Source of the DNA: an uncultured candidate division Zixibacteria bacterium
GTDB taxonomy: Bacteria; Zixibacteria; MSB-5A5; GN15; PGXB01
Direction: 5' to 3'
DNA length: 64,000 bases
Assembly (NCBI GenBank): GCA_963702205.1
Contig: OY969724.1
Coordinates: forward strand, 1,280,001 to 1,344,000
Part shown: positions 29,043-40,000 of the stretch, one piece after another
How the letters are laid out: every line of letters starts with the position of its first letter
How positions within the stretch are numbered: position 1 is the stretch's first letter
Notes under the pieces: model-generated
Databases searched by the model: none
What the model was told of the DNA's origin: nothing
The model's input: the letters and a program-made list of their open reading frames with translations, nothing else
Made by a program: the position numbers and the translations under genes

Positions 29043-30591
29043 ATGAGCAAAGCCGAAGAAAATAAAAGCCGCATCGCGAGACCCTCCGACAGCTTGCCGC
29101 CCATGCCCGAAACCGTGGAACTGGCGGTCGCCCCCAAAAAAGTTAATTACAGAAGGCTGTTTTTTATGGCACTCGGGGTTGTCCTGTTTGCCATTGTGTA
29201 CTTTTCACCGGCCTGGCCAAACGCGGTGGACCCGGCCGGTAAAGTTTTCGAGCTAACTCGCGAGGGCAAAGCCGCCCTGGGACTTTTTCTGCTGGCCGCG
29301 ACGTGGTGGGTGTTCGAGGTCGTCCCGATCGGTGTCACCGGCATCCTGATCGGTGTCATACAGGCGGTATTTTTGATTCGTCCCGCCAAAACCGCTTTCG
29401 GCGATTTTATGGACCCCTCGGTATGGTTCATCGTCGGTTCGGTGGTGATCGGAATGGCCTTCACCAGTACCCGGCTTGACCAAGCGCATGGCCTATAAAA
29501 TGCTTTCGATCGTCGGAGAAAAGACGAGTATGATATATTTGGGCTGTTTCGTGATGACGGCCGGTCTGACACTGGTTATGGCTCACACGGCCGTGGCGGC
29601 GGCGATATTTCCTTTGCTTATGGCTATTTATTCGTTGTACAGCGACGACAACCGACCGACCAAATTCGGCAAGGGTCTGTTCATCGGCATGGCCTTCGTG
29701 GCGGGGGCGGGGAGTATTATCACCCTGCTCGGGGCCGCGCGGGGAGCGGTGGCTATCGGATTTTTCCGCGATATAGCCGGGAAAGAGATTTCGTTTTTCG
29801 AACTGAGTTATTATATGCTGCCGGTCGGCGCCGCCATGGTTTTTGCGCTTTGGGGACTGTGCATGGTATTTTTCAAACCGGAGCACAAGACCATACCGGG
29901 CTTGCGCGACCGGGCCGTCGAATTGTATCGCCATCTCGGAGCCATGAAACGTACCGAGTGGATCACAATCGCCATCGTCATTTTGACAATCGTCACGATT
30001 GGCACCAAGGACCTGTTCGAACCGCTCGTGTCGATCAACAAGAGCGCCATAATTCTTATCTCGACGATACTGTTTTTCCTGTTCAATATTCTGAAACTCG
30101 AAGACCTCGAAAATATACCGTGGAATATTGTCCTCCTGTTCGGCGGCGCGATGAGTATCGGCTTTTGCCTGTGGCAGACCGGCGCGGCCGAATGGATCGC
30201 GGTGGAATGGCTGAGCCTGCTGCAGGGTGCCCACTGGTTCATTTTCGTGATGGGTATCGCCCTGTTCGTACTTATGATGACCAACCTCATCATGAACGTC
30301 GCGGCTATCGCCATATCCCTGCCGGTGGCTCTGTTTCTCGCTCCATACATGGGAGTACAGCCGGAGGTTGTCCTGTTCGCGTCGCTGGTTACGGCCGGGA
30401 TGCCGTTCCTGTTTCTGGTCGGTGCGGCGCCCAATGCCATCGCGTACGAAAGCAGGCAGTTCACGAGCGGGGAATTTTTTATGGCGGGAGTTCCGGCCAG
30501 CTTGATCTTGCTGATTATTCTCGGGATTTTTGTTACTGTAATCTGGCCTTTGATGGGTATGCCGGTGGTCGGATCGCCGGTGGTGCCGTAA
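29043..30591 (+). CDS. SLC13/DASS family anion permease, split by a +1 frameshift at ~29470-29472
   Basis: WWVFEVVPIGVT, MAHTAVAA, TLLGAARG, IPWNIVLLFGG, VGAAPNAIAY; deleting one C from ACCCGG restores FTSTGLTKRMAY. Confidence 0.88.
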
Positions 30592-30663
30592 AAGCGAATT
30601 CGCATTATTCAACGGACAGGTAATCGTCCCGCAATCTCAGAATACACGACCATAAGATTTCGA

Positions 30664-32628
30664 TCAGTATTTTATCCCGTTGGCGAGTAGAATGTGTCCA
30701 AGGGCGTACTTACCGTCACCGGCGATCGGAAGAATCAATATGTTGTTGTAACCCCGGCGCACCGCTTCATCGGGCACCCGGCCGCGGTCGACCCGCAAGC
30801 CGCCACCGGGAATAATATGCCGGTCGATTTCACCGGCCCCAACAATGGTGCTGTCCAGACGGAAATACATCATGTAGGTGTCGTTGTCGTCGATGCTGTA
30901 TTCGATGTATTTCGAATCGAGGGTTTTGTGCAGTTTGATTGTCAAACCTTTTTTATCGAAATTGAAGCAGTCTTCGCCGTCGCACTGTGTTCCCTGTTTT
31001 TTGGGATGGCTGACATGCCGGTACTCTACCTGATGAGGCGACAAAGCCTGATATACCCCAAGCAGATATTCGTGAATCTCATCCGAGGAATCTTTATTAA
31101 TACAGCAGAAATCGTACGGTGTGCTCCATGTGGCATAATAGCTTTTGGCGTCGAGCAGGGGCAAATCGGTATTGAAATAGCCGTTGAAAATCGTGCGAAA
31201 GGTATTTACGGGACTGGCCTTGTCGGACAGTCGGTCGCCGTGATAATCCGGAAGGTACAACGCGTACAGAATCGAAAACCGTTCTTTCAAATTGGTCGTC
31301 GATGAACCAACCCAGCTCAACTGGGAGCCCGGGCCGTGGTCGCCCATGATGACTATTATCGGCCGCTTGTCTTCGGGGCAATCGAGCAGGTGATCGACGA
31401 TGCCCGTCACGCGGCTGTTGATGAACCGCACCTGGTTGCGATAACCGTCGATATAGTCATCAACGCTGCCGCCGGCGTCGATATAGTGAGATCCATCGCC
31501 CATGAAGAACGTCCGGGACTGATCGACCTCGCCCCCATCGGCTTTGAACACGAACGGTGGATGCGGGACGATAACGTGGGCAAAGACGAATTCGGGGCCG
31601 TCACCGGGCACCCTCGTCGCGAGGGCATCGAGAGTTTTTAATATTCGTCGGCGGTGTATTCCGAAGGGTGAAAATATCCGTCCGAGCAGTCGCGGCAGGG
31701 GAGTGGTGGCGAGCAAAATATTACCGAACTCGCTGGAGGTCCAGTCGGAGACGATATAATCATCGGCCTGCTTTAATTCGGTCAGGGAATATCCCGTCTC
31801 ATAGGCAATAGTCTTATATCCGGCATTCTTAAGAGCGCCCGCGACGTCATTGTGAACGAAATTATCATAAAGCGGCTTTCTGTCATCGGATTTCGGATCG
31901 AACTTGCCGAGATTTTGTATGTAGTCCATGTTGAGGACCGAAGTTACCGTCTCCAGAGTCTGTCCGTAATTGGAATGTATTGAATCCGGCACGAAGAAGC
32001 CTTTATTGCGCAGGAAGTCAACAAAGGCGGAATTGTCATAATTATATATGTTTTCAAGAACGTCCTGACGGCCATAACCGTCGAGGATTATATAGTAAAT
32101 GTCCCGTTCCGGGGTACCGGACGGTGCCGATAGATAAGTATAATCGTGTTTGCTGGACTCCGCAACGTGCGACCCGGGCGTTGTGACAATCCGCGTGACC
32201 TGCATGAGTACCAGCACGACACCCAGGATAGCCAGCATTTTTATCGGGGTTGAAAGATCTTTTTTTATGCGCCATATTACCGCCGCTGCCGCCAGCGCCA
32301 GAACCAGCCCGGCCGGAAGGAGGATCCTGTCCGCCCGTGACAAAATGCCCCAGGCGGCATCCGGGTTCCTGCCGAAAAGATTGGCGAAATGACCGTATGA
32401 GAAAAATAATATAATCCAGATGGTCATAAGCAGGCCGATTTTGATTCCGTTCCTGAAGATAAGCCTCATCGCGACGGTCAGGATGACGGCGGCCAGTGCC
32501 GTAAATACAAGCGGCCAGAACATATCGCCGATTTTCATTTCGTGCACGTTTTGCGCGTACAAAAAGAGCACGGGGAAAACGGCGTAAAGGGCGGGCGTGA
32601 CCAGCCAGAGCGATTTGTTTGGTTTCAT
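30664..32628 (-). CDS. Membrane-anchored alkaline-phosphatase-superfamily (LtaS/sulfatase-like) protein
   Basis: About 5 N-terminal TM helices; YYIILDGY, SNYGQT (Thr nucleophile position), HVIVPHPPF, IMGDHG. Confidence 0.8.
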   Translation of the reverse strand: MKPNKSLWLVTPALYAVFPVLFLYAQNVHEMKIGDMFWPLVFTALAAVILTVAMRLIFRNGIKIGLLMTIWIILFFSYGHFANLFGRNPDAAWGILSRADRILLPAGLVLALAAAAVIWRIKKDLSTPIKMLAILGVVLVLMQVTRIVTTPGSHVAESSKHDYTYLSAPSGTPERDIYYIILDGYGRQDVLENIYNYDNSAFVDFLRNKGFFVPDSIHSNYGQTLETVTSVLNMDYIQNLGKFDPKSDDRKPLYDNFVHNDVAGALKNAGYKTIAYETGYSLTELKQADDYIVSDWTSSEFGNILLATTPLPRLLGRIFSPFGIHRRRILKTLDALATRVPGDGPEFVFAHVIVPHPPFVFKADGGEVDQSRTFFMGDGSHYIDAGGSVDDYIDGYRNQVRFINSRVTGIVDHLLDCPEDKRPIIVIMGDHGPGSQLSWVGSSTTNLKERFSILYALYLPDYHGDRLSDKASPVNTFRTIFNGYFNTDLPLLDAKSYYATWSTPYDFCCINKDSSDEIHEYLLGVYQALSPHQVEYRHVSHPKKQGTQCDGEDCFNFDKKGLTIKLHKTLDSKYIEYSIDDNDTYMMYFRLDSTIVGAGEIDRHIIPGGGLRVDRGRVPDEAVRRGYNNILILPIAGDGKYALGHILLANGIKY

Positions 32629-34010
32629 GACCGTTTCAGCATCAGATGTATCGATCTGGCGGTATTATCGATAGGTTCCGATTCCTTAATTTCGAAATAT
32701 TTTTCAAAGGCCTTACGAAAGCCATCATAATCATAATTAACAAAAATGTCTTCGCGTGAAGACAGCATCTGTTTTACCTGCGAATCCTCTTTTGGGACGA
32801 ATTCGATTATAAGTTTGTTGCAGATTACAGCGAAAAATTTAGCCGCCTGATCCAGAGGTACATTGTTGCCGATGGCGAGGTGGTGGATCAACGCCAGGGC
32901 CAGAACCGTGTCGGTCGGTCCGCGATCGCTGAACGACAATCGTTCCCGGTTTTCCCAGCCCGTCCCGCCGCTCGGATTGAAAATCTCCATAACCAGAGGG
33001 AGAAGATATCGTTCGTCGTCTTTGCGCGCATTGCGATAGCTGATCTCGACGGCAGCATAGTCCTGGTCAAAGGTGACCGTCGGAATGTTTAATTTCGAGG
33101 CCAGCCTGCTGAAAACTCCCGTATTGGCCCCCAAGTCCCAGACTTCGGTCGGCTTAATGGCTTTTAGAAATTTGTCGACGATATTCAGTTTGCGGTCAAA
33201 TGACGGCTTGCTGTAATTGTTGTCATCATAATAATCGGACCAAAGTGAATGAGACGGCTCCCATTTGAGACCGCCGATAGCTGATTGAAGGTTGCCGATT
33301 ACGGATGTCAGGGCAGTTTTTGACATTTTGCGGTTTTTTATATCCGGTTCACGACCGGCCGCCCTTTTAAGAGTGCGCGCATGCAGGTGGATATTGGCCA
33401 GAAGCGGGAATGAAAACCTGGTTCGTTTGGGCAGCAGTTTGGCCGCCAGGTCCAGCGGGATGCCGTCGATATAATTCTCCAGAAGCCATCCCAGACGGAC
33501 GTCGGTGTGCGCCATCAAAGCCAGCGGCGCCAAAAAGTGTTGGCAAAACTGACGGTAGGCAATCCACGGCCGCCCCTCGACGTATTTTTCAAACGACAGA
33601 GTGTCGATCAATATTGGCCGGCACCCTTTGAACTGGACGTTAAAAGCGCTGGCGTCTTTGAGGCTCATGCCGTGTTCAAGAGCGATTTTCTGAATTTTAA
33701 GCGTCAGGGTCGCGGCGTCCTTGAGTTGACCGAAACACCATTCATAGGGGTACGATATGAAGGGAATCCTTTCCGGCTTCATAACCAGAAAGGCCGCTTC
33801 GGGATCGGGAGGGTCGATATTCGTGGTTTCGTGGGATATAAGTAAACCGTCGGAAGTAAGGCGTTCATATAGCCCCGATTTCATCAACACATCATAATTA
33901 TCGCGATAGCTTTTATTTATCTGGCGGTATATCTGTCCGCCGCTTTTGAATATAAAGCCGGACGGATCACGAAACGACCCGAACGTTCCGGCCGGTTTGT
34001 CTTCACCCAT
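32625..34010 (-). CDS. NoeA-like protein: kinase-like N-terminus plus class I SAM methyltransferase
   Basis: SFRDPSG, ISYPYEW, LKDASAFNVQF, IDTLSF; VWDLGANTG, ALALIHHL, EFVPKED. Confidence 0.8.
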   Translation of the reverse strand: MGEDKPAGTFGSFRDPSGFIFKSGGQIYRQINKSYRDNYDVLMKSGLYERLTSDGLLISHETTNIDPPDPEAAFLVMKPERIPFISYPYEWCFGQLKDAATLTLKIQKIALEHGMSLKDASAFNVQFKGCRPILIDTLSFEKYVEGRPWIAYRQFCQHFLAPLALMAHTDVRLGWLLENYIDGIPLDLAAKLLPKRTRFSFPLLANIHLHARTLKRAAGREPDIKNRKMSKTALTSVIGNLQSAIGGLKWEPSHSLWSDYYDDNNYSKPSFDRKLNIVDKFLKAIKPTEVWDLGANTGVFSRLASKLNIPTVTFDQDYAAVEISYRNARKDDERYLLPLVMEIFNPSGGTGWENRERLSFSDRGPTDTVLALALIHHLAIGNNVPLDQAAKFFAVICNKLIIEFVPKEDSQVKQMLSSREDIFVNYDYDGFRKAFEKYFEIKESEPIDNTARSIHLMLKRS

Positions 34011-34254
34011 TTTTGGCGTCGTCCTTACGGTCAGGATTTCTGAACATGCCGGTTATTCGACGCCAGAACATCTTGATCGAAAAGACTACGCCCAACAACC
34101 CGGCCAGAATAAATTGGAAAAAGTACGACCCGGATGAGGGATCGATATAAGCCTGTGCGGCACTACTGAAAAACATGACCAGTAGCGGCGTCAGGCATAA
34201 TATAAACAGTGCTCTCGTGAGGATCGAGCGGAATTTATCGGAACGGTTCATCAC
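34003..34254 (-). CDS. Small membrane protein with AxAYIDPxxGS motif
   Basis: Signal-like segment ending AQA, then YIDPSSGS, a TM helix and a basic tail; overlaps the next start. Confidence 0.75.
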   Translation of the reverse strand: MMNRSDKFRSILTRALFILCLTPLLVMFFSSAAQAYIDPSSGSYFFQFILAGLLGVVFSIKMFWRRITGMFRNPDRKDDAKNG

Positions 34255-34321
34255 CCCTTGGTGTCCTTTCTATGGTTCTTTACGTCGGGATAGGGATAAT
34301 TGTTCATTTTAATTTGCGGGG

Positions 34322-35449
34322 TCAGCCGCCCAGCGCTTTTCGGGTGAACTTTCCTTTCAGCTCAGGAATCACAAAGACGCCGTCTTTTCGGATAAGCCGC
34401 CCGTCAAACCATATCTCCCCGCCGCCGTGGTCTTTTCGTTGGATCTGGACCAGGTCCCAGTGAATGGCCGATGTGTTGCCGTTGGGGGCGTCGTCGTACG
34501 ATTTCCCGGGCGTGAAGTGGAAAGAGCCGTCGATTTTTTCATCGAACAGCGTGTCTTTCATCGGTTCCTTTATCATGGGATTGACACCCAGGGCGAATTC
34601 GCCGACGTACCGGGCGCCGGGGTCGGTGTCGAAAATTTTGTTCAGTTTCTTGTTTTCGCCTTTGCACGTGGCCCTGGCTATTTTCCCGTTCTTGAATTCC
34701 AGCCGGATGTCTTCGTAGACGTTGCCTTCATACAAAGACGGGGTATTATACGTGATATACCCATTGACCGAATTCTTGACCGGGGCGGTGAAAACTTCGC
34801 CGTCCGGGATATTGAATTTACCATCGCACTTGATGACGTTGATCCCCTTGATGCTGAATTGCAAATCGGTGCCGGGGCTTTTTATATGTACTTTATCCGT
34901 CTTTTTCATCAGTCTGGCCAGCGGGTCCATCGCTTTGGACATCTTGGCGTAATCGATACAGCAGACGTCGTAATAAAAATCTTCGAAAGTCTGCTGAGGC
35001 TGCTGAGCCAGCTGGGCCATGGCATTGTTGGGAAATCGCATCGCCACCCAACGGGTGTTCCTGGTGATGATATCCAGCATGACCGGCTTGGCGTAGAGTT
35101 TTTTATATGACCGCATGGTTTTGGGAGGCACGTCGTTCAAGTCGAATAGGTTTTCGGCGCCGTTGATGCTGATATAGCAGTCAGTCTTTTTAGCCATGCT
35201 TTTCATAAAGGCGGCATAGACTTTGATCTGATCTTCTTTCGTATGCTGCAAAAACTGCCGTGTCAGGGAATCATCGCTATAATGATAAAAAGGCACCCCT
35301 CCGGCCTGAGTGACTTTTCGTATGAGCACTTTAGCCAGTTCAAGCGAGGGAATGCCCCGGACAGAAATATGTACCAGATCGCCTTTTTTTACGGCACAGG
35401 AATAATTGACAAGTATATCGGCCAGTTTTTCGTTGCGGGGATCAATCAT
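34322..35449 (-). CDS. M29 family aminopeptidase
   Basis: MIDPRNEKLA, NIPDGEVFTAP, GEFALG, LFDEKI.GSFH, AIHWD. Confidence 0.93.
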   Translation of the reverse strand: MIDPRNEKLADILVNYSCAVKKGDLVHISVRGIPSLELAKVLIRKVTQAGGVPFYHYSDDSLTRQFLQHTKEDQIKVYAAFMKSMAKKTDCYISINGAENLFDLNDVPPKTMRSYKKLYAKPVMLDIITRNTRWVAMRFPNNAMAQLAQQPQQTFEDFYYDVCCIDYAKMSKAMDPLARLMKKTDKVHIKSPGTDLQFSIKGINVIKCDGKFNIPDGEVFTAPVKNSVNGYITYNTPSLYEGNVYEDIRLEFKNGKIARATCKGENKKLNKIFDTDPGARYVGEFALGVNPMIKEPMKDTLFDEKIDGSFHFTPGKSYDDAPNGNTSAIHWDLVQIQRKDHGGGEIWFDGRLIRKDGVFVIPELKGKFTRKALGG

Positions 35450-35559
35450 TTTGCCTCCTTCGGCGGGCCAGTTCCGCCGGATAGTTTATACGATATTTTG
35501 AGCATAATATCGTACGAAGCCGCGCTTGTCAATACTTCGCAGCCGGTACTAAAGATTAT

Positions 35560-36462
35560 TCACGATGACGATACGATATAATCGTCCAGGACTTTGCGAA
35601 AGGCACGAATATGGTCCGGGGTGGTGCCGCAGCATCCGCCGACGATGCCGACGCCTAACTCCAGTAGTTTCGGCAGCTTGCCCGACATGTACTCCGGCGT
35701 TTCAGGAAATACAAGATGACCGTCACGCATCGACGGCAGACCGGCGTTGGGCTGCATAATCAGGGGTAATTTGGTATGCTTTTTGAATTCGTTGGCTATC
35801 TCAATCATGCTGTCGATACCACACCCGCAGTTCGAGCCGAGCAAATTAGCCCCGGCCGCAGTCAGGTCCCGCGCGGATTGCTCTATTGAGGCACCCATCG
35901 TGGTATAATAGCCTTTTGGCGTCTTTTCGAATGTCATGGTGGCGGCAAGCGGGATAGTACTACTCTGATCCCGGGCGGCTTTTACCGCCAGGCGGGCTTC
36001 GCTGACATCGGTCATGGTTTCCACGGCCAGCATGTCGACCCCGGCGGCCAACAGTATCTTAATTTGTCTGTAAAAGCTGTCGTACATCTGCGACGGGTCA
36101 ATGTCACCGTACGGTTCAAGCATACCGCCCGACGGTCCGACCGATGCCGTCAGTACAGCTTTGTCTCCTGTTGCAAGGCGCGCCCAACGGACGGCATTCT
36201 CATTGATTTCTTCATATTTATTTCCAAGCCCGAACTGAGCCAGTCTCAAAGGTGAGCCACCGAAAGTATTGGTGAGGATTAAATCCGCCCCGGCGTCGAG
36301 ATAGGACCGGGCGATGTCTTCGATAGTTTCGGGTTCGTCGAGATTGAGCCGCTCGGGGCATTCTCCGGCCCGAACACCGCGCTTGAAAAGCATCGTGCCC
36401 ATTGCTCCGTCACAGAGCAATCTTTCGCCCCGGGCGAGGCGGACTAAAACGTCAGCGCTCAT
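35560..36462 (-). CDS. Stand-alone homocysteine S-methyltransferase domain (MetH N-terminal-like)
   Basis: DGAMGT, TNTFG, ETM, GSNC, PNAGLP, GGCCGTTPDHI; GGAG RBS before ATG 36462. Confidence 0.9.
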   Translation of the reverse strand: MSADVLVRLARGERLLCDGAMGTMLFKRGVRAGECPERLNLDEPETIEDIARSYLDAGADLILTNTFGGSPLRLAQFGLGNKYEEINENAVRWARLATGDKAVLTASVGPSGGMLEPYGDIDPSQMYDSFYRQIKILLAAGVDMLAVETMTDVSEARLAVKAARDQSSTIPLAATMTFEKTPKGYYTTMGASIEQSARDLTAAGANLLGSNCGCGIDSMIEIANEFKKHTKLPLIMQPNAGLPSMRDGHLVFPETPEYMSGKLPKLLELGVGIVGGCCGTTPDHIRAFRKVLDDYIVSSS

Positions 36463-36633
36463 TTTCTCCAAACCCCGGCTTTTGGTTTCCTGACAGGTTC
36501 CGGCCGCAAAGGCCGATTTCCAAATTCAAATTAATATATTGTAAGGAAATTGGCAAGATTTCATAAAAATGAACGCCTGATTGATGAGTGTAACTTATTG
36601 TCTATTGGCGTATTGCGATTTTTTTAAAGAAAT

Positions 36634-36694
36634 ACTAAACAATTAGTTGCGGAAATCGTAGGAATGTGTATATTGCAACAACTAAACAATTAGT
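36634..36694. promoter_or_regulatory. Duplicated palindromic operator upstream of blaI-like gene
   Basis: ACTAAACAATTAGT (ACTAA-N4-TTAGT) at 36634-36647 and 36681-36694. Confidence 0.7.
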
Positions 36695-36711
36695 AGATAG
36701 AGGGATTTAAT

Positions 36712-37098
36712 ATGGCCCGTAAACCAACCCCAACCTTGACCGAAGCTGAACTGAAGGTTATGGACGTCGTCTGGGACCTCGGCACTGCCTCGGTCAATGA
36801 AGTGCTCGATAATTTTCCGGATCGCGATAAGCCCGCCTATAATACGATACTTACCATAATGCGCATACTGGAAGACAAGGGCTATCTCGAACATCGCAAG
36901 AACGGTCGAGCCTTTATATATAAGCCGCTGGTCGACCGTATGCACGCCCGGCGCAAAGCGGTTCGGCATCTGGTACGGAGCTTTTTCGAAAATTCCCCTG
37001 AGCTCTTGATGCTTAATATCATAAACGACGAAAAGCTGACGCCGGAAGAGTTGCAGCGTCTCAAGAAAATGATCACCGACAGCGAGGAGGATAAATAA
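36712..37098 (+). CDS. BlaI/MecI/CopY family repressor
   Basis: LTEAELKVMDVVW, AYNTILTIMRILEDKGYL, GRAFIYKP. Confidence 0.93.
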   Translation: MARKPTPTLTEAELKVMDVVWDLGTASVNEVLDNFPDRDKPAYNTILTIMRILEDKGYLEHRKNGRAFIYKPLVDRMHARRKAVRHLVRSFFENSPELLMLNIINDEKLTPEELQRLKKMITDSEEDK

Positions 37099-37099
37099 G

Positions 37100-40000
37100 A
37101 TGGAATATTATTTCAATCAATTCAGCCAATTCGCACACGGATTTGTCGGTCAGACGGCACAAACTCTGATTCCGGCGATATTATTGACGCTGGCCGTGGC
37201 CGCCGCGCTGCACGTTCTTAGGTCGGTCGATTCCGCCGCTCGTTATAAATTGTGGTTGGCCGTCATGGCGACGGTCATAATCATGCCGCTGGCCGCGACG
37301 ATGGGCCCGCTCGATTTCAGTATATCCAATTTTTTCGATAAAATCGCAGCGACCCAAAATCAACCGATACACGAGACGGCGCCGCGAACCACTGTGAGTG
37401 AAAGGCCGGTTGTGGCAAAACTCACGGATAGTCAAAATAACGATGCACCTGTGGAAATGGCGGCTTTGCCTGAAGCAAATAACACGACTCCGATGGTTGA
37501 AAACACTGTACGTCAGAACCAGACACCAGGTGTTGCATCACACACCGAGTATATTCCATTGCATAAGCCTGTGAAAAATAACTACTCCTATTCTCAGATA
37601 ATACTCGAAGGGTTCCCGATGATTGCGGTCATAATCTGGATGTTCGTCTTCCTGGTGTTGACGTTTCGTCTCGTTCTCGGATATCGTGGATTGAAAGGTC
37701 TAAAAGCATCGATATTGCCGTTGCCTCAATTGCAGATGGAACGGATAGATCGCCTGACAAAAGGCCTGAGGTTTAAGCGCAAGATGACGATGGGCCAGTC
37801 CGATCAAATCAATGTCCCGGTTTCAGCGGGATTTTTTCACTCGATGGTGATTATTCCCACGGGCCTCGCGGAAAAGCTCGATGACCGTGAACTGCAGTCG
37901 ATTGTAGTGCACGAGATGACCCACCTTGAGCGGCACGATGACTGGATGAAACTGATACAGAAATTTCTTACGGCCTTGTTCTTCTACAATCCCGCCATTC
38001 TCTGGATCGGTCGGCGGCTTGATCTGGAGCGGGAACTCGCCTGTGATGCCAGAGTGCTGGCAATTATGGACCAGCCCCAGGTTTATGCCCGATGTCTGAC
38101 GAAAATGATTCAAAGAACAATTGTCCCGGTCGAACCAACTCTTGTGACCGGCGCGATATTGTCCAAAAAGCAGATTTTCCGCAGAATAGATATGATATTG
38201 AACCGTAAACTGAATTCAAGGCCGATACCTTTCGGAAAATTCGCGGGACTGGTTGTCTCAATATTAGTCATAGCGATGGTCGCTTTCTATACCGCACCGG
38301 CTCTGGCGTGGCCGTACCATCCATTTAAATTCTCCGTAATTGCTGATTTTGTCAAAGAGAAGTCGGATTCATCGACAGCGACCATTTTCCATTCCGAAAA
38401 GAACGACAAATGGCAACGCGTATCATTGCCCAAAACGCCCTATATATATGATATCGATGAAAATACCCAGCAGGTTCTCGATACCGAAAAGCTGGAAAAA
38501 CAGCTCGATGCGGCCTTGAAGGCGGCCGAACTTGACGCACCGGATGTGCCAAATGTCAAAGATCCGAAAATTGCCGTTCCGGATATCGATATCAAACCAA
38601 TAGAACCTCTTGCTCCAGAAGCCGAAAGGGAGTCGAAATCGGAAACTCGCTTCAGAAGGTCCGATGATTATGTAATCGACAGTCCTAATGCTGACGACGG
38701 CAAAGATTCTGTCGGTGGCGATGATGGCGAGGCGTATTTGAGACAACTTTCTAAGGCCGACGCCAAATACGCCGAAGCGTACGGCGAAGCAATGCAGGAC
38801 TATTATGCCGACAAGGCGGAATCTGCCCGCGATCAGGAGGAAAGTGCCGCGGAAGCCCGGAGAGCCTACGCCGAAGCGTCGGCCAGTGCCGACCGTGTCT
38901 CCGGCATTGGAAACGCCATCGGGCGTGCAGTCAAAGACGTGGAAAATATGTTCAATGCGACTGACGGTGATCATTATAGCATGATCCATCATGACGACGA
39001 CGGATCGGTTGCATACGACTGGCAGAATGGTGCCGACAAGACGCGGGTCGAAATCGAGGGCGAGCTCAAAATGAATGATGATTGTGATGAAATCGTCCAG
39101 ATGTCCGACGACGCCAGAGTTCAAATATATGAAAAAAAGGATGGTGTAAGGCGCGAACTTAAAATCATACCGAACGCCGACGGCACCCCTTCGTACGCGT
39201 ACCGTTATAGCGGGAAAAAACAGGACTTCGATGACAATGCTCGTGAATGGTACCGTCAGGTCATGCTCGATTGTGTCCGAAAGGCCGGATTCAATGCCGC
39301 CGAAAGAGCCGAGAAGATTTATAATAAAGACGGCATTGACGGTGTTTTAAAAGAGCTTAATGAGGTTGAAAGCGATTATGTAAGCCGCCTCTATCTCAGT
39401 CATTTAATACAGAATTTTGATTTAAAGGATGCCGAACTGGGCCAGATTATAAAATACATCACGCGAAACCTCGATTCCGATTATGAAAAGGCTGAAATTT
39501 TGCTGAGCATCGCCGACGTGCAAAAAGATGAAAAATTCCTGCTCGATGATTTCGTGATGGCGGCCAAATCGCTTTCCTCGGATTACGAGCGGGGGCGGGT
39601 GCTGTCCCGACTGAGCCTGGATTCCAATGTCTCGAACGGTGTCCTTATCGGCGTTCTTGAAATCGCCGAGTCGATGGATTCTGATTACGAGCGGGCCAAG
39701 CTCCTCAGCCAGTTGTCCGACCTTCAGCGCGATGATCCGGAATTTCGTTATGCTCTGATTCGGGCAATCGAAACGATCAGTTCCGATTATGAGCGAAGCC
39801 GGGTGCTTCAACAACTGCTTTCTGAAAGGCAGCCCAATAAAGCGATTGCATCCGACGTCTTAAAACTGGTCGGCGATATGTCTTCGGATTACGAGAAATC
39901 AAAACTGCTGATATATTTGGCCGGTCATTCGGCGCGCGACCAGAATCTTTTCCGGGCGTACCTGTCCGTAATCGAATCCATGTCCTCGAATTATGAAATC

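Noticed and set aside
29461..30612. 383-aa minus-strand ORF and similar long antisense ORFs (e.g. 1178-2203, 50585-51451, 53222-54052)
   Set aside because: They lie opposite well-supported genes, as expected from GC-rich codon bias.
36470..36560. Possible SAM/SAH riboswitch upstream of the homocysteine methyltransferase
   Set aside because: Only a short hairpin; no conserved riboswitch core recognised.
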